DNA of 59,322 bases from a virus (IMGVR_UViG_3300028197_000779:1-59322), one strand, 5' to 3'. Counted from the stretch's first letter, positions 28,907 through 39,452 are shown. Notes: generated by a model not told the origin, from the letters alone. Numbers and translations: made by a program.

Positions 28907-29584
28907 TTATTTATAACCGTTTTTCTCTAACCATTCATTTGTCATAGGAGTTGGTGGATATACTTCCCACATATTACCACCAGCACATGCTGCTAGGGCA
29001 TTCATAGTCATGTTTTCAGTCTTACCTGCCCACATTGCTTCCTTCTCCCACGGAATTGCTCCTGGTTGCAACATATATGTCCGCTTCACCATCTCTTGCC
29101 ACAACATTGGCACATCATCTTCAGGCATAATAATAGCAATCATACTATTATCAATCGTGCCTGCCATACAATCTTGAGCAGCGTGCCATCCTTCATGTCG
29201 CATTACAGACATCAATGTGCCAGGACGACCCATAAATGCCTTGTTTAAGAAGAAGTTATTACTCACAGTATGATAGACACCACGATGTCCTACTGGAAAA
29301 TACTTTTCATCAGCAAGATACACACCCACACCGATTTGATTCAGTGACATAAGCATATTATGAAATTCACCAGTAACACCAGTGAATTGTTCAGTGTTAT
29401 CATACTCCGATGAGATGTCAAGCATAGAAAATACTTCCTTCACATCATCAGTACACTCTTGAAGGAGCATACATCCCATAGAATGGGTAGTAAAGTATTC
29501 ACTATCCTTAAGTGGGTCTGCCTTTAAAGGCAACGTTGCCAGTCCTAGCAGTGCTCCTGCCAGTAATACATTGCGAAATTTCAT
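28907..29584 (-). CDS. Secreted HEXXH (zincin-like) protein
   Basis: Signal-peptide-like N-terminus; RHEGWH; WEKEA. Confidence 0.65.
   Translation of the reverse strand: MKFRNVLLAGALLGLATLPLKADPLKDSEYFTTHSMGCMLLQECTDDVKEVFSMLDISSEYDNTEQFTGVTGEFHNMLMSLNQIGVGVYLADEKYFPVGHRGVYHTVSNNFFLNKAFMGRPGTLMSVMRHEGWHAAQDCMAGTIDNSMIAIIMPEDDVPMLWQEMVKRTYMLQPGAIPWEKEAMWAGKTENMTMNALAACAGGNMWEVYPPTPMTNEWLEKNGYK
28908..28915 (-). promoter_or_regulatory. T4 late promoter
   Basis: Perfect TATAAATA. Confidence 0.75.
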
Positions 29585-29907
29585 ACTAATACTCGGTTTA
29601 ATTTACCATCGATAAAATGAAGCATCATCCTAGGAAAGGGTGCCCAATGCACATTCCAAACTGCAGGATAGATTTCAATACTTTTCGTAACAAAATAAGG
29701 TTTTACCTTACCATGCAAACCGTTGGACACATAACCTTTAGGATCTTCTCTTGAAAAATCCTGAGTTTCTGTGTAATCAACTTCCCATAAGCGCCCTCTA
29801 GGATCTAAGAAAAATGTATATGCCCACCCGTCAAGATCTTTTGTTTGCAGAGATTTTTTGAAAAATCCTGCACCAAGATCATAATAACATAGGATGGTAT
29901 CATACAT
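29581..29907 (-). CDS. Hypothetical protein
   Basis: MYDTI...QTKDL; 108 aa. Confidence 0.7.
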   Translation of the reverse strand: MYDTILCYYDLGAGFFKKSLQTKDLDGWAYTFFLDPRGRLWEVDYTETQDFSREDPKGYVSNGLHGKVKPYFVTKSIEIYPAVWNVHWAPFPRMMLHFIDGKLNRVLV

Positions 29908-29917
29908 TATAAAATCC

Positions 29918-30403
29918 TCAAGAAAAACTTAATGTTGCCCTCGGTCCTAATACCGAGGGCTCATGATAGACATATTTAGGTATATACAATATATCGCCTG
30001 GCTCCATTAAAATTTCACCAAGACCATCTACAGTATAACTTATATCTCCAATAACTGGCACAATCATTACATCTACTTCATCATTGTGCCTACCAAAGGT
30101 GCTAGATCCACCACAAAGTGAGACATATTGGTGAAAATCTTTCATATTATAATTGATTTTCATATGCTCTGCGAGGGGACGCATACTCCATGGAGTATAA
30201 CTTCCTTCACACACCATAGTATTCATTACACCTCTGTGTAGGATGACATTTTCTGATTCGTTAAGAATTTCTTCAGGTTTGACTTTTGGTGCAATCACCG
30301 TGAAAGTTTTTTGTGCCCTATCATATTCTAACTTGTCAAATACATCTTCCCAAGTGATGTTACTTACATCAACTTTTCTTTTTGATAGATACGCTTGAGT
30401 CAT
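29918..30403 (-). CDS. Short JmjC/cupin_4 protein
   Basis: FGRHND; PGDILYIP..YHEP; RATLSFS. Confidence 0.75.
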   Translation of the reverse strand: MTQAYLSKRKVDVSNITWEDVFDKLEYDRAQKTFTVIAPKVKPEEILNESENVILHRGVMNTMVCEGSYTPWSMRPLAEHMKINYNMKDFHQYVSLCGGSSTFGRHNDEVDVMIVPVIGDISYTVDGLGEILMEPGDILYIPKYVYHEPSVLGPRATLSFS

Positions 30404-30483
30404 AGAGTTTTTTGACTGCTTTAACTACAGCGGGAGTTTCTTCCCATTCCCAGGTGTCTCCACTCTTTGAAATGAATTGTTTC

Positions 30484-30705
30484 TTAGGCATTTTTCTCCT
30501 CCTTTTTTGTTTTGAAGTAGAGTTTATAATACCTCTTCTTCATTTCATTAATGGTGTCCATGTCTTCCTTGAATCCCATATATTTGAGATGTTGGGATGT
30601 ACCTTCCATCTCACTAATAAGGAGTAAAAGACCTACCGCTGTGATAGATCTTCCACCAAAGTCATATTTAGTCAGGGACTTCCTCATAATTTTCAATCCA
30701 ATCAC
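30484..30705 (-). CDS. Hypothetical protein
   Basis: YDFGG...LLISEMEG; basic C-terminus. Confidence 0.7.
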   Translation of the reverse strand: MIGLKIMRKSLTKYDFGGRSITAVGLLLLISEMEGTSQHLKYMGFKEDMDTINEMKKRYYKLYFKTKKEEKNA

Positions 30706-30940
30706 TTAGATCAAACAAGATAGGATGACATCCTTCCATCACCAGATAATCTGATGACGTGTATAGATCATCCAACGTATATTCTCGTGCAGTATCTGCA
30801 TCCAGTGTGACTTCTTCTAATTCAGTCATAAACTTCGGCAGCTCTTCAAATGTAAACGGCATACCCTGGATGAAATACATCTGGACTATACCTATGTCTT
30901 TCAAATGATGAAACGAGCTTGTGATCCGAATCTTATTCAT
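30668..30940 (-). CDS. Hypothetical protein
   Basis: MYFIQGMPFTF...EGCHP. Confidence 0.7.
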   Translation of the reverse strand: MNKIRITSSFHHLKDIGIVQMYFIQGMPFTFEELPKFMTELEEVTLDADTAREYTLDDLYTSSDYLVMEGCHPILFDLSDWIENYEEVPD

Positions 30941-30941
30941 T

Positions 30942-31190
30942 TTAGAAGTTCTGCGTCATTTCTCCTAGTGACTCTGCAACGTATGCACCGACCGCAGCAG
31001 GATCAGGCACAAATTCTTCAGGGTCTGGAATATTTATCTCAGATCCCTTATCTCTAGTAACAATAGGCGTCAACATACAAACTCCACCATCATGGGTGAT
31101 TTTGATAGTGTGACCTCTCTCAACTAGAGAAAATACGAATTCAAAATTTGCTTCAACTTCGGCACAGGATAATGCAATAATACTATTCAT
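30942..31190 (-). CDS. Hypothetical protein (possible Phd-like N-terminus)
   Basis: EVEANFEFVFSLVERGHTIKIT. Confidence 0.6.
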   Translation of the reverse strand: MNSIIALSCAEVEANFEFVFSLVERGHTIKITHDGGVCMLTPIVTRDKGSEINIPDPEEFVPDPAAVGAYVAESLGEMTQNF

Positions 31191-31381
31191 GCTAGGTAAG
31201 TGATTAGATCTGTTGGAAGGTTTTCATTAAAGGAAACTATCGTTTCCTGAAATCCCTCGGCACCTTCTTCATCAAACTTCCATTTGATCAACTCGTCCAC
31301 ACCCTCATTGTCCATCATTCGGATGGTGCGTTGAGAGATGTTGACCCAGATGTGCTCAAGGTAGGTTTCGTCGGTGGGCAT
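31187..31381 (-). CDS. Hypothetical protein
   Basis: 64-aa ORF after gp5. Confidence 0.7.
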   Translation of the reverse strand: MPTDETYLEHIWVNISQRTIRMMDNEGVDELIKWKFDEEGAEGFQETIVSFNENLPTDLITYLA

Positions 31382-31412
31382 GGAAGCATGATGAAGACTT
31401 CCATATCATACA

Positions 31413-34193
31413 TCAATTTAGCAGTAATGGCAAGCCATAGACCTGATGGGGTCCGAGTCCGCAACCAGTTGCCATGTAACCTGTGCCAACACCTGTATGG
31501 ATAAGACCAGTGGCAACCTGATTCAGCAGGGCACCCGTGGGCACAAACTCAGCGATCACACCAGTGGGAGATGCAATGAAGGTTGAGTGGACACCTGCAG
31601 TAGATCCCATGATGATATCATTCATAGATGCAGGCATCGATGTACCTAAGCAGATCCTAGTCTGTGTTGGTGGCGCAAGACCAGGGATAGGAAGGTCAGT
31701 AGTGATATCAATGATAGCACCATTTACAAAGGTGAATTGACCAGACAATGCTTTGAGTGGGTTGAATACTGCAACGATCTCAAATCTACCACTGTTGAGG
31801 AAGGAAGAGATCCAGTTTGCTTCATTAGTGATCTCACCAGATGCCACGTTTTCAATCGTATTTGCTTCAGTCTTAATAGTCTGAGAGTTAAATGCTAGTG
31901 AGTTAATTGCAGTGATCTTAACCTTGGCACCCTGAATACTAACATCGCCAGTGTATGCAATGTCATGATCACCCTCTTTACGAGATGCAGACTTCTGCTC
32001 TTGGGTATCTTCCAACTTACCAGACAGTTGACTACCCCATGACACTCTACCCTGATCATCTGCCTCAGGATGGAAAGGAATCTCATCAACAGGATAGAAG
32101 TGACCACCAGGCAATGCCTTGAAATATTGATCACGCTCAGTCTGCTGAATATGGACCATGTTGTAAGAGTTATTATTGTTATTCTTCTTCCTCCTAGTAG
32201 AAGACTTATCAGCACCACCAGTGTCTAACCTAGAAGTAACATCTGTTTCTGCTTTAGAGATTCTAGTTGACTTTTTACCAGTAGCAATGATATTACCGTC
32301 TTCATCTCTCGTGACATTAGCACGTTGAGTTGATTTAATTGCCTGAGCATCAAGGTCACTCTTTGCCTCAACCTTATTTGCCTTCTTACTTGATCCCTTA
32401 GACTTTGCTTGAGGACCCTGAGATGCGTTGTCATTCTTAGCACCTGTCACTTCCTCGTGATAGTTACCCATGACCTTCAGATAGAAGTCACCCTCAACTG
32501 TCAGCACATAGTTACCTTTAATGGTCTCACACTTATCCTTAGCAACGATCTTAGTTTCGTTGTTAGGGACATTCTTGTGAGTATTACCATGAGCATCTTG
32601 GAAGTCTGTAACACCACCAGGACCTTGAGTAATCTGCTTCTCAATGCCAGGTGTTGCATCATTGATGACCTTAGCACCATTTAGATGGGAAACTACCTCC
32701 ATGAGGTTTGTATTGATGCCAGTAAACATCCTATCGATGTAACTACCACCTCCACCTTTACCAGTGACACCATCATCAAAACTAGAGAATGGTGTGCCAA
32801 CGATTGCTTCATTGATGTTACCACATTCCGTGGTCCCGATCAACGGATACCACGCCTTTGATTTCGGTCGTTTAATCTTCCTCCCGCAATCTTTCTGGAA
32901 GAACATCGACAAGAGGGCAAAGAGGAGTTTGATTAAACCCGCCCAGTTAAGAGTGGTGAAGTCAAACTCAAAGATTGATGTTACTGCATCTCCAAATGCC
33001 CTTGCTTGTCCAGCAATACCCTTTGCCATATCAACAGCAGCAATCACATCTCCAGCAATATCTTTGACACGATTCATTGTCTTGGTGATACCACTAAGGA
33101 TACGGTTAGTAACACCCTTAACAGCAGAGTCAACGCCCTTAAGTTTATCAGCAACCTTATCTACAATCTGCGTCGCTATATTATTAGCGAACGCAGAGAC
33201 ATCCGATATTGCGGCTTGCACTAGCCCCAACCACATCGGTTTCTTCATGCAGAAGATGTCAAAGATCATGTTGAGAAACATCATGATTGTGTTGATCACA
33301 ACCAGAGGGACGAAACTGGAGATGATTTGCACAATCTTACCGACAACCTCAGCAATGAGTTTGGCAAGCATTTCTTTCAATGGTGCAAGAATACCAGCGA
33401 TACCACCAGCAAGGAAATTCATGATCTTACCCATGTGCTCCATCACCTTATCGCCTGCAACCTTCTTACCCGTTGCAAGAGAGATGAATCCACCAGGACC
33501 ACTAGCAAGAGTTGCTGCCATGTTACCGAGCTCAGTCAACTGACGCTCTAGATCGATCTGGAATCCTTCACCAGCAGGACCTGCAACACCATCAGCAATC
33601 GATTGCTTCTCTACAGGAGGTTTAGTAGGATTAGTAACAGAGTTACCAGGCAGAGTTTCTTCAGCAGCAGAGATAACTCCGCGAGACTCTTCACCACCTG
33701 GAGTCCCAGGTTGAGTGGGTGTTTGTGTCTGGACCTTAGGATATGGGTTACCATCATTCCTTTCATTACCTGCTAAGTCTTTCTTCTGTGGAGTCTCGGT
33801 CTTCAACTCTTCTGCAACGGTACCATCGGCAGTAGTTGTTTTCTTCTTAGGATCTTCTTTTACTTGGAATCCACGGAATGCACCCATGACAATAGGCAAC
33901 TGTGCCTCATCACCATCAAGGAAGAATCCCATGACCCATGCGCCAGGCTGCAATCCACAGGTTGTGCCAGCACCTTTAGTCTGTGCATGATCTGTTGGCA
34001 ACAGCACCTGTGCCCAGGGCAGCACCTTTGTAGGCATCTCTTTCGTGTATGCCTGCTTTGCCTTGTGTCCCGTATACCAACCAAGAATACGCACTTGGAC
34101 ACGACCGATCTCAGAGGGGTCCTTGATATTCTCAACTTCCCCGATCCACCAAGTGTATCCGTCCCGTCCTAGGTAATCAGTGCGTTCTCTCAT
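31413..34193 (-). CDS. gp5: Baseplate hub/central spike (gp5-like)
   Basis: WWIGEVE..DP..GRVQVRILG OB-fold; WVMGFFLDG; VxG beta-helix repeats. Confidence 0.85.
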   Translation of the reverse strand: MRERTDYLGRDGYTWWIGEVENIKDPSEIGRVQVRILGWYTGHKAKQAYTKEMPTKVLPWAQVLLPTDHAQTKGAGTTCGLQPGAWVMGFFLDGDEAQLPIVMGAFRGFQVKEDPKKKTTTADGTVAEELKTETPQKKDLAGNERNDGNPYPKVQTQTPTQPGTPGGEESRGVISAAEETLPGNSVTNPTKPPVEKQSIADGVAGPAGEGFQIDLERQLTELGNMAATLASGPGGFISLATGKKVAGDKVMEHMGKIMNFLAGGIAGILAPLKEMLAKLIAEVVGKIVQIISSFVPLVVINTIMMFLNMIFDIFCMKKPMWLGLVQAAISDVSAFANNIATQIVDKVADKLKGVDSAVKGVTNRILSGITKTMNRVKDIAGDVIAAVDMAKGIAGQARAFGDAVTSIFEFDFTTLNWAGLIKLLFALLSMFFQKDCGRKIKRPKSKAWYPLIGTTECGNINEAIVGTPFSSFDDGVTGKGGGGSYIDRMFTGINTNLMEVVSHLNGAKVINDATPGIEKQITQGPGGVTDFQDAHGNTHKNVPNNETKIVAKDKCETIKGNYVLTVEGDFYLKVMGNYHEEVTGAKNDNASQGPQAKSKGSSKKANKVEAKSDLDAQAIKSTQRANVTRDEDGNIIATGKKSTRISKAETDVTSRLDTGGADKSSTRRKKNNNNNSYNMVHIQQTERDQYFKALPGGHFYPVDEIPFHPEADDQGRVSWGSQLSGKLEDTQEQKSASRKEGDHDIAYTGDVSIQGAKVKITAINSLAFNSQTIKTEANTIENVASGEITNEANWISSFLNSGRFEIVAVFNPLKALSGQFTFVNGAIIDITTDLPIPGLAPPTQTRICLGTSMPASMNDIIMGSTAGVHSTFIASPTGVIAEFVPTGALLNQVATGLIHTGVGTGYMATGCGLGPHQVYGLPLLLN

Positions 34194-34214
34194 TTGAATA
34201 ATAATTCTATGTGA

Positions 34215-34682
34215 TTATTTATCGAGTAATACGAATTGGAATTCTCCTTCCTCTTCAGGTTTACCCCATGCTTGTTTATCAGTTTCAGTATCCCATCCCT
34301 GATCTAAGGATCTATAATCTAATCCATTGAATCGGATCCTAGACTTAATCAAAAATTTACCTACCTGACAGAAACCATCAGGAATTCCTGTCCACCATTT
34401 ACCATCCCAAGTCCATATGAAAGGACAACTGTCCTCTGTGCTCAAGTAATTATAGATATCTGTCTTAACAGTATCCTCAGTTAACTCGGTGATCCTATAC
34501 CTTAACCAATTATATGGTGCTTTCTCACCTTTATACTTGTACCAGGACTTGGATTCAAAAATTCCAGATGATGTTTGCCAAATCCTGATATCTATCTGTG
34601 GCCATTGAGAGGGATTACTCTGTGCCTGCAGTTTATTACGATAATGCCCGTATAAGAGCTCTTCAAAGTTATTCATTTTCAA
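34215..34682 (-). CDS. cpeT: CpeT/CpcT-like phycobilin lyase
   Basis: GHYRNKLQAQSNP..W; YRSLDQGWD...AWG. Confidence 0.8.
   Translation of the reverse strand: MKMNNFEELLYGHYRNKLQAQSNPSQWPQIDIRIWQTSSGIFESKSWYKYKGEKAPYNWLRYRITELTEDTVKTDIYNYLSTEDSCPFIWTWDGKWWTGIPDGFCQVGKFLIKSRIRFNGLDYRSLDQGWDTETDKQAWGKPEEEGEFQFVLLDK
34216..34222 (-). promoter_or_regulatory. T4-like late promoter for gp5
   Basis: ATAAATA about 22 nt before ATG. Confidence 0.6.
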
Positions 34683-34695
34683 CCCTTACATGGTT

Positions 34696-34724
34696 ATTAT
34701 AATAAATTATTGGATCTTTGTCAA
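34696..34724 (-). promoter_or_regulatory. Consensus sigma70 promoter for cpeT
   Basis: TTGACA-17-TATAAT. Confidence 0.85.
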
Positions 34725-34948
34725 TCCTCGTAAACTAAACACTCAGGTTCTGATGGATTTTGATCACAAAAGAGCTCTAGGTATGTGGGATCATGATGAT
34801 CACCTTTCTCAATCTCTTCTTTGTGATGCTCTACATAATCTTCCAATTCATGCAACTCACCTTCAATGTGGCGACGTTGATTGGGTGAAATCATAGGATT
34901 GTCAAGGATTTCTTTGTCCTTTTCAATATGCTGCTCGATGCTGTCCAT
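34721..34948 (-). CDS. cp12: CP12 Calvin-cycle inhibitor
   Basis: C-terminal LELFCDQNPSEPECLVYED. Confidence 0.9.
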   Translation of the reverse strand: MDSIEQHIEKDKEILDNPMISPNQRRHIEGELHELEDYVEHHKEEIEKGDHHDPTYLELFCDQNPSEPECLVYED

Positions 34949-34953
34949 TTTAG

Positions 34954-36324
34954 TTATTTTTGTGGAATTGAGTCTCTAATTAAAAGCAATTCAGAAGTGC
35001 AACCTTTCTTGGTGTATGTAAACGTATGGGCAGCAATAAGATACTTCCCACTGAATTTTCTATCTCTCTCAACTTTTCTACCCGATTCGCGAGAAGCAGG
35101 GATGATGAGTTTGATAACGTCTCCTGCACAGAGTGCAGTGTTTCCAGGAACCTTGATAGTTAACTGAATTGCTTTCATTAGATTATATCTAGCCGCTGCA
35201 TATTCTGCAACTGCTAATGTGTCGAAAGTTTGAGTCCCATTGTCAGGATGTCCTTTCGGTTGACCTGATTCTCCTTGCTGATGTGCAAGTGCTGGGATAA
35301 TTCTCATCTTTTGTCTAGTAGGAGATGCACCTTCCCCCTTGACCTCTTCAGGCATGTCAAATGGGGGTGCATCATGAAGGGTCTTAGCTCTTCCAAAGAT
35401 AGAATCAAATGCGGTCTCTCTAGCAGCGTATATTGTACCTGAAGGTGAGGACTTATTATTGTTACTACCACCCGACTGTGTGATATTATTCAACGTTGGA
35501 ATGGTCAGACAGATACCAGTAGTAACTGTTTTATATGTGCCCATTCTCATATGTCTGAGATGATTCGCCTTGTCAGGATATTGAATAGATTCAATATTAT
35601 AGTAACCAGGATCTCCTTCTTCTAATTGACCCTGCTGTTTGTATGTATATACGAAGTCAAATCCCTGCTCACAGAGACTATCAATAGACTTAAAATTATA
35701 TCCTCTTTGATTCTCAAAGAATAAGAATCCAGATTGCTTCGCTTTACCCTTACCACTTGTTACCCTAGTAACCTTGTCGGAAACATATGAGATAAGGTCC
35801 ACAGGTCTCCAGTTAGGAGATACCACTATGACTCTAGAGTGTGACTCAAAATTCTCTTCTTTAATCCTCTTGCCAGGTGCTTTCAGATATTTCTTGCATA
35901 CATGCTTGGGGATATTCTCAACGTCCTTAGATCCACCCTCATCAATAGGACCAAATGCCTTGAAAACCTTATTCAACTCGTTATTATACATCTCTGGTGA
36001 GCAACAGAAGAGTTTATACATCTGTCCCCTTTCAGACTTAATGATGTCACCAATCTTATATACTTTGAATTCTAATTTTAATTCACCTTTACCGTCTGCT
36101 GATAAGGTTTTTAGATTAATATTAACAGGCTCACCACCTTGCAAATTCAAATTAAAGTCAATCGAGTCAACTACCGTAAGCTCAACACGAACAAATGGTG
36201 CCTCAATAGACTCATAGTAGAGAAAATTTGCCACCATTTCTTTAAGATCATACTCTTTTTCATCCCTGATAGTCGTCAGAGTAATCTTATTACATTTGAA
36301 TTGTCTAGACTGATTGTCTGCCAT
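34954..36324 (-). CDS. Baseplate hub protein (gp27-like)
   Basis: YYESI; FLFFEN..GYNFKSIDSL; VPGN..L.AGDVI; SGKYLI; RDS. Confidence 0.7.
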   Translation of the reverse strand: MADNQSRQFKCNKITLTTIRDEKEYDLKEMVANFLYYESIEAPFVRVELTVVDSIDFNLNLQGGEPVNINLKTLSADGKGELKLEFKVYKIGDIIKSERGQMYKLFCCSPEMYNNELNKVFKAFGPIDEGGSKDVENIPKHVCKKYLKAPGKRIKEENFESHSRVIVVSPNWRPVDLISYVSDKVTRVTSGKGKAKQSGFLFFENQRGYNFKSIDSLCEQGFDFVYTYKQQGQLEEGDPGYYNIESIQYPDKANHLRHMRMGTYKTVTTGICLTIPTLNNITQSGGSNNNKSSPSGTIYAARETAFDSIFGRAKTLHDAPPFDMPEEVKGEGASPTRQKMRIIPALAHQQGESGQPKGHPDNGTQTFDTLAVAEYAAARYNLMKAIQLTIKVPGNTALCAGDVIKLIIPASRESGRKVERDRKFSGKYLIAAHTFTYTKKGCTSELLLIRDSIPQK

Positions 36325-39300
36325 TACATTAAGTTGCTAAGGGTCGAAGTAAACTCAGTCAAGACACCAAATTTAGGCATCAAGAAATCGTCAGCATCAT
36401 TCTTATTGTTACCTGGAACAATAATCTCATTCTCTTCACCACCCATTATGGGTGCTTCTTCCGTTTGAGTGACAAAAGGTTGCATTGCTGCATCACGAGA
36501 TGCAGTCATTGCCTTCAGATTATCTAGTTTAGTTTCAGTTTTCTTCTGCTGCTCCTCTTCAAGTTTCACACCAGGAGCAACCTTAGCAAACTCTGTAAGA
36601 CCTTTTGATAATAAACCACCATCTCTTTTACCCTCAACCTCTTTACCAAAGAGTCTATCGATGATGTCATCAGCAGTTTCCGGCTTATCCGTCTTAGTAT
36701 CATCTTTCGCTACTGATACCTTACGTTCTTTATCAGTAAGGACAGCATCCTTCATAGTCTCAGGTGCTGCAAACTCATTAGCAGCGCCAGGTTTGACAGA
36801 CATCTTAGTTGCAGGATCGATCTGGTAACCCTCTGTTGCTGCCCTCGCTGCATTTTGATCATTAGCACCTGCTGTTTTATGATCTTGAAATGATTTATTA
36901 AACCAGTATGCAGTATCTGCCTGTGGGTGAATCTTAATCGATTTGATATTTGCTGCTGTAGATGTCCCCTTCGTACCTAAAGTCTTATGTCTATTGGCAA
37001 TGTCAGTCTTAAGACCACCTGAGTTCATTACTGCCTTAAATTCGTCGGAGTCTGGTTTAACACCCTGCCTCTCTTCACCCATACCCATGAATCCTGCCTT
37101 AGTCCTTTTAGACATCGACTTAACAGATACCTCACCATCATTATATGCATAAGTTGTATAGTATGACTTATCATTTAAGACAACTCTACTTGCTTGCAAA
37201 CTATCTTTTTTATACTTTACAGGGTCAAACTTACCACCAGCAGCAAACTTAGGCAAATGTCCACCTTTAGAGAATCCAGGCATAGTGTATCCACCACGCG
37301 ATGCCTCACCCCATCTCTGAGATGTTAACCCAGGATTCATTCTGGTTGCAGGGGTGTCAAATGGCACAACAAATGCACCACCACCTGCAAATCCTTTCAT
37401 ACCAACCCACTCAGTGCCATGACCAATGAATGATGTGCTAGCACCACCATCTAATGACACAGGGTAACCAGACTGTGGACCAGAGATCCATCCACCCGTT
37501 GCTCTACCAGGGATCTGACCACCCTCAGAGAATCCAAAAACACTACCAACAGCACCCAGTAGACCCTGAGCAACTGCCTTCACACCTTTGAAGATGGGAT
37601 GCTCTACGATTGCTTTGAATAGTTTACCAAACAGTGCAATAGTACCGTCATCACCAGCAATTGCCTCTAGGAGTTTTTCTTCCCAACTTACTGATACCCT
37701 ATCTGCTTTTCCCTTATCCCCACCCTTCATATCTTCTTTATTGGCAGCACTACCACCAATAACAGAAGTTGATACACCAAAGATTTTAGCAAGGGGTGCG
37801 ATCATCGACCCCAGCATATTCCTGATAGGTGCAGGTAGGAATGCTCCGAATACTTTACCAATACCACCGATGGCAGTCATAATACCAACACCCAGTGCCT
37901 TGAATGGGAGTTGCATCAACTGACCGAAAGCTTTAGCTACCTTCGCAGTCTTGCGAAGTTGCTTTGCCATCTCATCTTGTAGGTTGAATGTCCCACCAGA
38001 TGCCATCTTAGGTTTGACCATCTTAGCGGTCTGGAAAGATCCGCCTGCTGCCTTACCCGACTTAGTAGCTTTATCTACTTCTTTCGTCTTAGGTGCAAAG
38101 AATTTCAGCACTGCAGTCAGTGCTTTAAGACCCAAGAATAGGGGTGCAAACATGACCTGAATACCAACACCCAGGATCTTACTGATCATTGGGAGGTGGG
38201 GCTCAATGAAATCGAGCACTTGGGTCATTACTGATCCAAGGATTTCAAAGAAACCACTTAGACTATCCTTAATAGGTGCCATCACCTGCTTAAAGACATC
38301 ACCAATCATGCTGAAGAATCTGCCGATTGGTTTGAAGATGGGTTCCATAAACCCACCGATTGCTTTACCTGCTTTACCACCAACGAATGCACCAGCAGCA
38401 CCGCCGATCATCCCACCAAGGGGACCACCAAGTTTGCTACCAATAGCTTCACCAGCCAGAGCACCGCCTGCAGTACCTGCACCAGCGCCAATTGCCTCTG
38501 CATCACTGTCACCAGCGCCTTTAGCACCAAGGTATGCACTAACGCCAAGACCACCAGCAATCAAACCCTTACCGAGTTTGCTGCCCATAAACTTCCTAAT
38601 CTTGGCACCAGCTGCCGCTGCCTTGCCGATGTTAAAGATACCCTTAACAAGACTTTTAACAACCCACCCAACAGTCTTCGCTGCTGCTAATGGATTTTTA
38701 AGAAATGCTATCCCTAGGAATATAGGAGCAGCAGATAATAGAAACTGTCCAAATCCCAATAACCCCTTAAGGGATATGGGATTCTCCATAAACTTCACCA
38801 GTCCATCAAATGCCGACCCTACAAGGAATGACGTTATCTTAAAGACAAACTTACCAATAGCAGCAAGTCCCTTTGCAAGTTTCTGGACTTTTTCTGGATT
38901 CTTAGAAACCCAATCTAATACGCCAAATGCAATGAATATCTTAAAGATACCACCTAAGAATCTAGCAATAGCACCAAAGAATCCACCAAAAGCAGACTTT
39001 GCTGCCTCCTTAAAATTCTGCATTGCTCCTTCTTTTTCCTTCTTCCCCTTCTTCTCGCTCTGATCTTCTGCCTCGCCTCTCTTTTTCTTTGCTTCTCTAC
39101 GTTTTTCCTCAGCAGTTTTCTTCTTCTCTCTATCTGCTTCTGCGGAGTTTGCTGCTACCTCTGCTTTCTTAACGATAGTATCGCCTTTGATCTTGGCAGA
39201 GACTCTATCCTTCATTGCTTGAGTCATTCCCTCCACTTGGAGAGCAATGCCGTTCATAGACGCGCCTAAGGAATTCAGACCAGAAGTAATAGTTCTGAAT

Positions 39301-39449
39301 GCTTTGTCCTGATCCTTAGCAATCTTACCTAACTCATCAGCAGCAGTAAGAGCAGTAAATTTCTTGCCACCACCAGTACCCTTATAAGATATCATCTTAT
39401 AAAGTTTTGCTTTCTGGACCTTAACTGCTGGTGCTTTTGGTGATGCCAT
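36324..39449 (-). CDS. Tape-measure-like virion protein, paralog B
   Basis: 1041 aa; coiled-coil, amphipathic helical repeats, Gly zippers, AxGG motifs. Confidence 0.6.
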   Translation of the reverse strand: MASPKAPAVKVQKAKLYKMISYKGTGGGKKFTALTAADELGKIAKDQDKAFRTITSGLNSLGASMNGIALQVEGMTQAMKDRVSAKIKGDTIVKKAEVAANSAEADREKKKTAEEKRREAKKKRGEAEDQSEKKGKKEKEGAMQNFKEAAKSAFGGFFGAIARFLGGIFKIFIAFGVLDWVSKNPEKVQKLAKGLAAIGKFVFKITSFLVGSAFDGLVKFMENPISLKGLLGFGQFLLSAAPIFLGIAFLKNPLAAAKTVGWVVKSLVKGIFNIGKAAAAGAKIRKFMGSKLGKGLIAGGLGVSAYLGAKGAGDSDAEAIGAGAGTAGGALAGEAIGSKLGGPLGGMIGGAAGAFVGGKAGKAIGGFMEPIFKPIGRFFSMIGDVFKQVMAPIKDSLSGFFEILGSVMTQVLDFIEPHLPMISKILGVGIQVMFAPLFLGLKALTAVLKFFAPKTKEVDKATKSGKAAGGSFQTAKMVKPKMASGGTFNLQDEMAKQLRKTAKVAKAFGQLMQLPFKALGVGIMTAIGGIGKVFGAFLPAPIRNMLGSMIAPLAKIFGVSTSVIGGSAANKEDMKGGDKGKADRVSVSWEEKLLEAIAGDDGTIALFGKLFKAIVEHPIFKGVKAVAQGLLGAVGSVFGFSEGGQIPGRATGGWISGPQSGYPVSLDGGASTSFIGHGTEWVGMKGFAGGGAFVVPFDTPATRMNPGLTSQRWGEASRGGYTMPGFSKGGHLPKFAAGGKFDPVKYKKDSLQASRVVLNDKSYYTTYAYNDGEVSVKSMSKRTKAGFMGMGEERQGVKPDSDEFKAVMNSGGLKTDIANRHKTLGTKGTSTAANIKSIKIHPQADTAYWFNKSFQDHKTAGANDQNAARAATEGYQIDPATKMSVKPGAANEFAAPETMKDAVLTDKERKVSVAKDDTKTDKPETADDIIDRLFGKEVEGKRDGGLLSKGLTEFAKVAPGVKLEEEQQKKTETKLDNLKAMTASRDAAMQPFVTQTEEAPIMGGEENEIIVPGNNKNDADDFLMPKFGVLTEFTSTLSNLM

Positions 39450-39452
39450 CTA

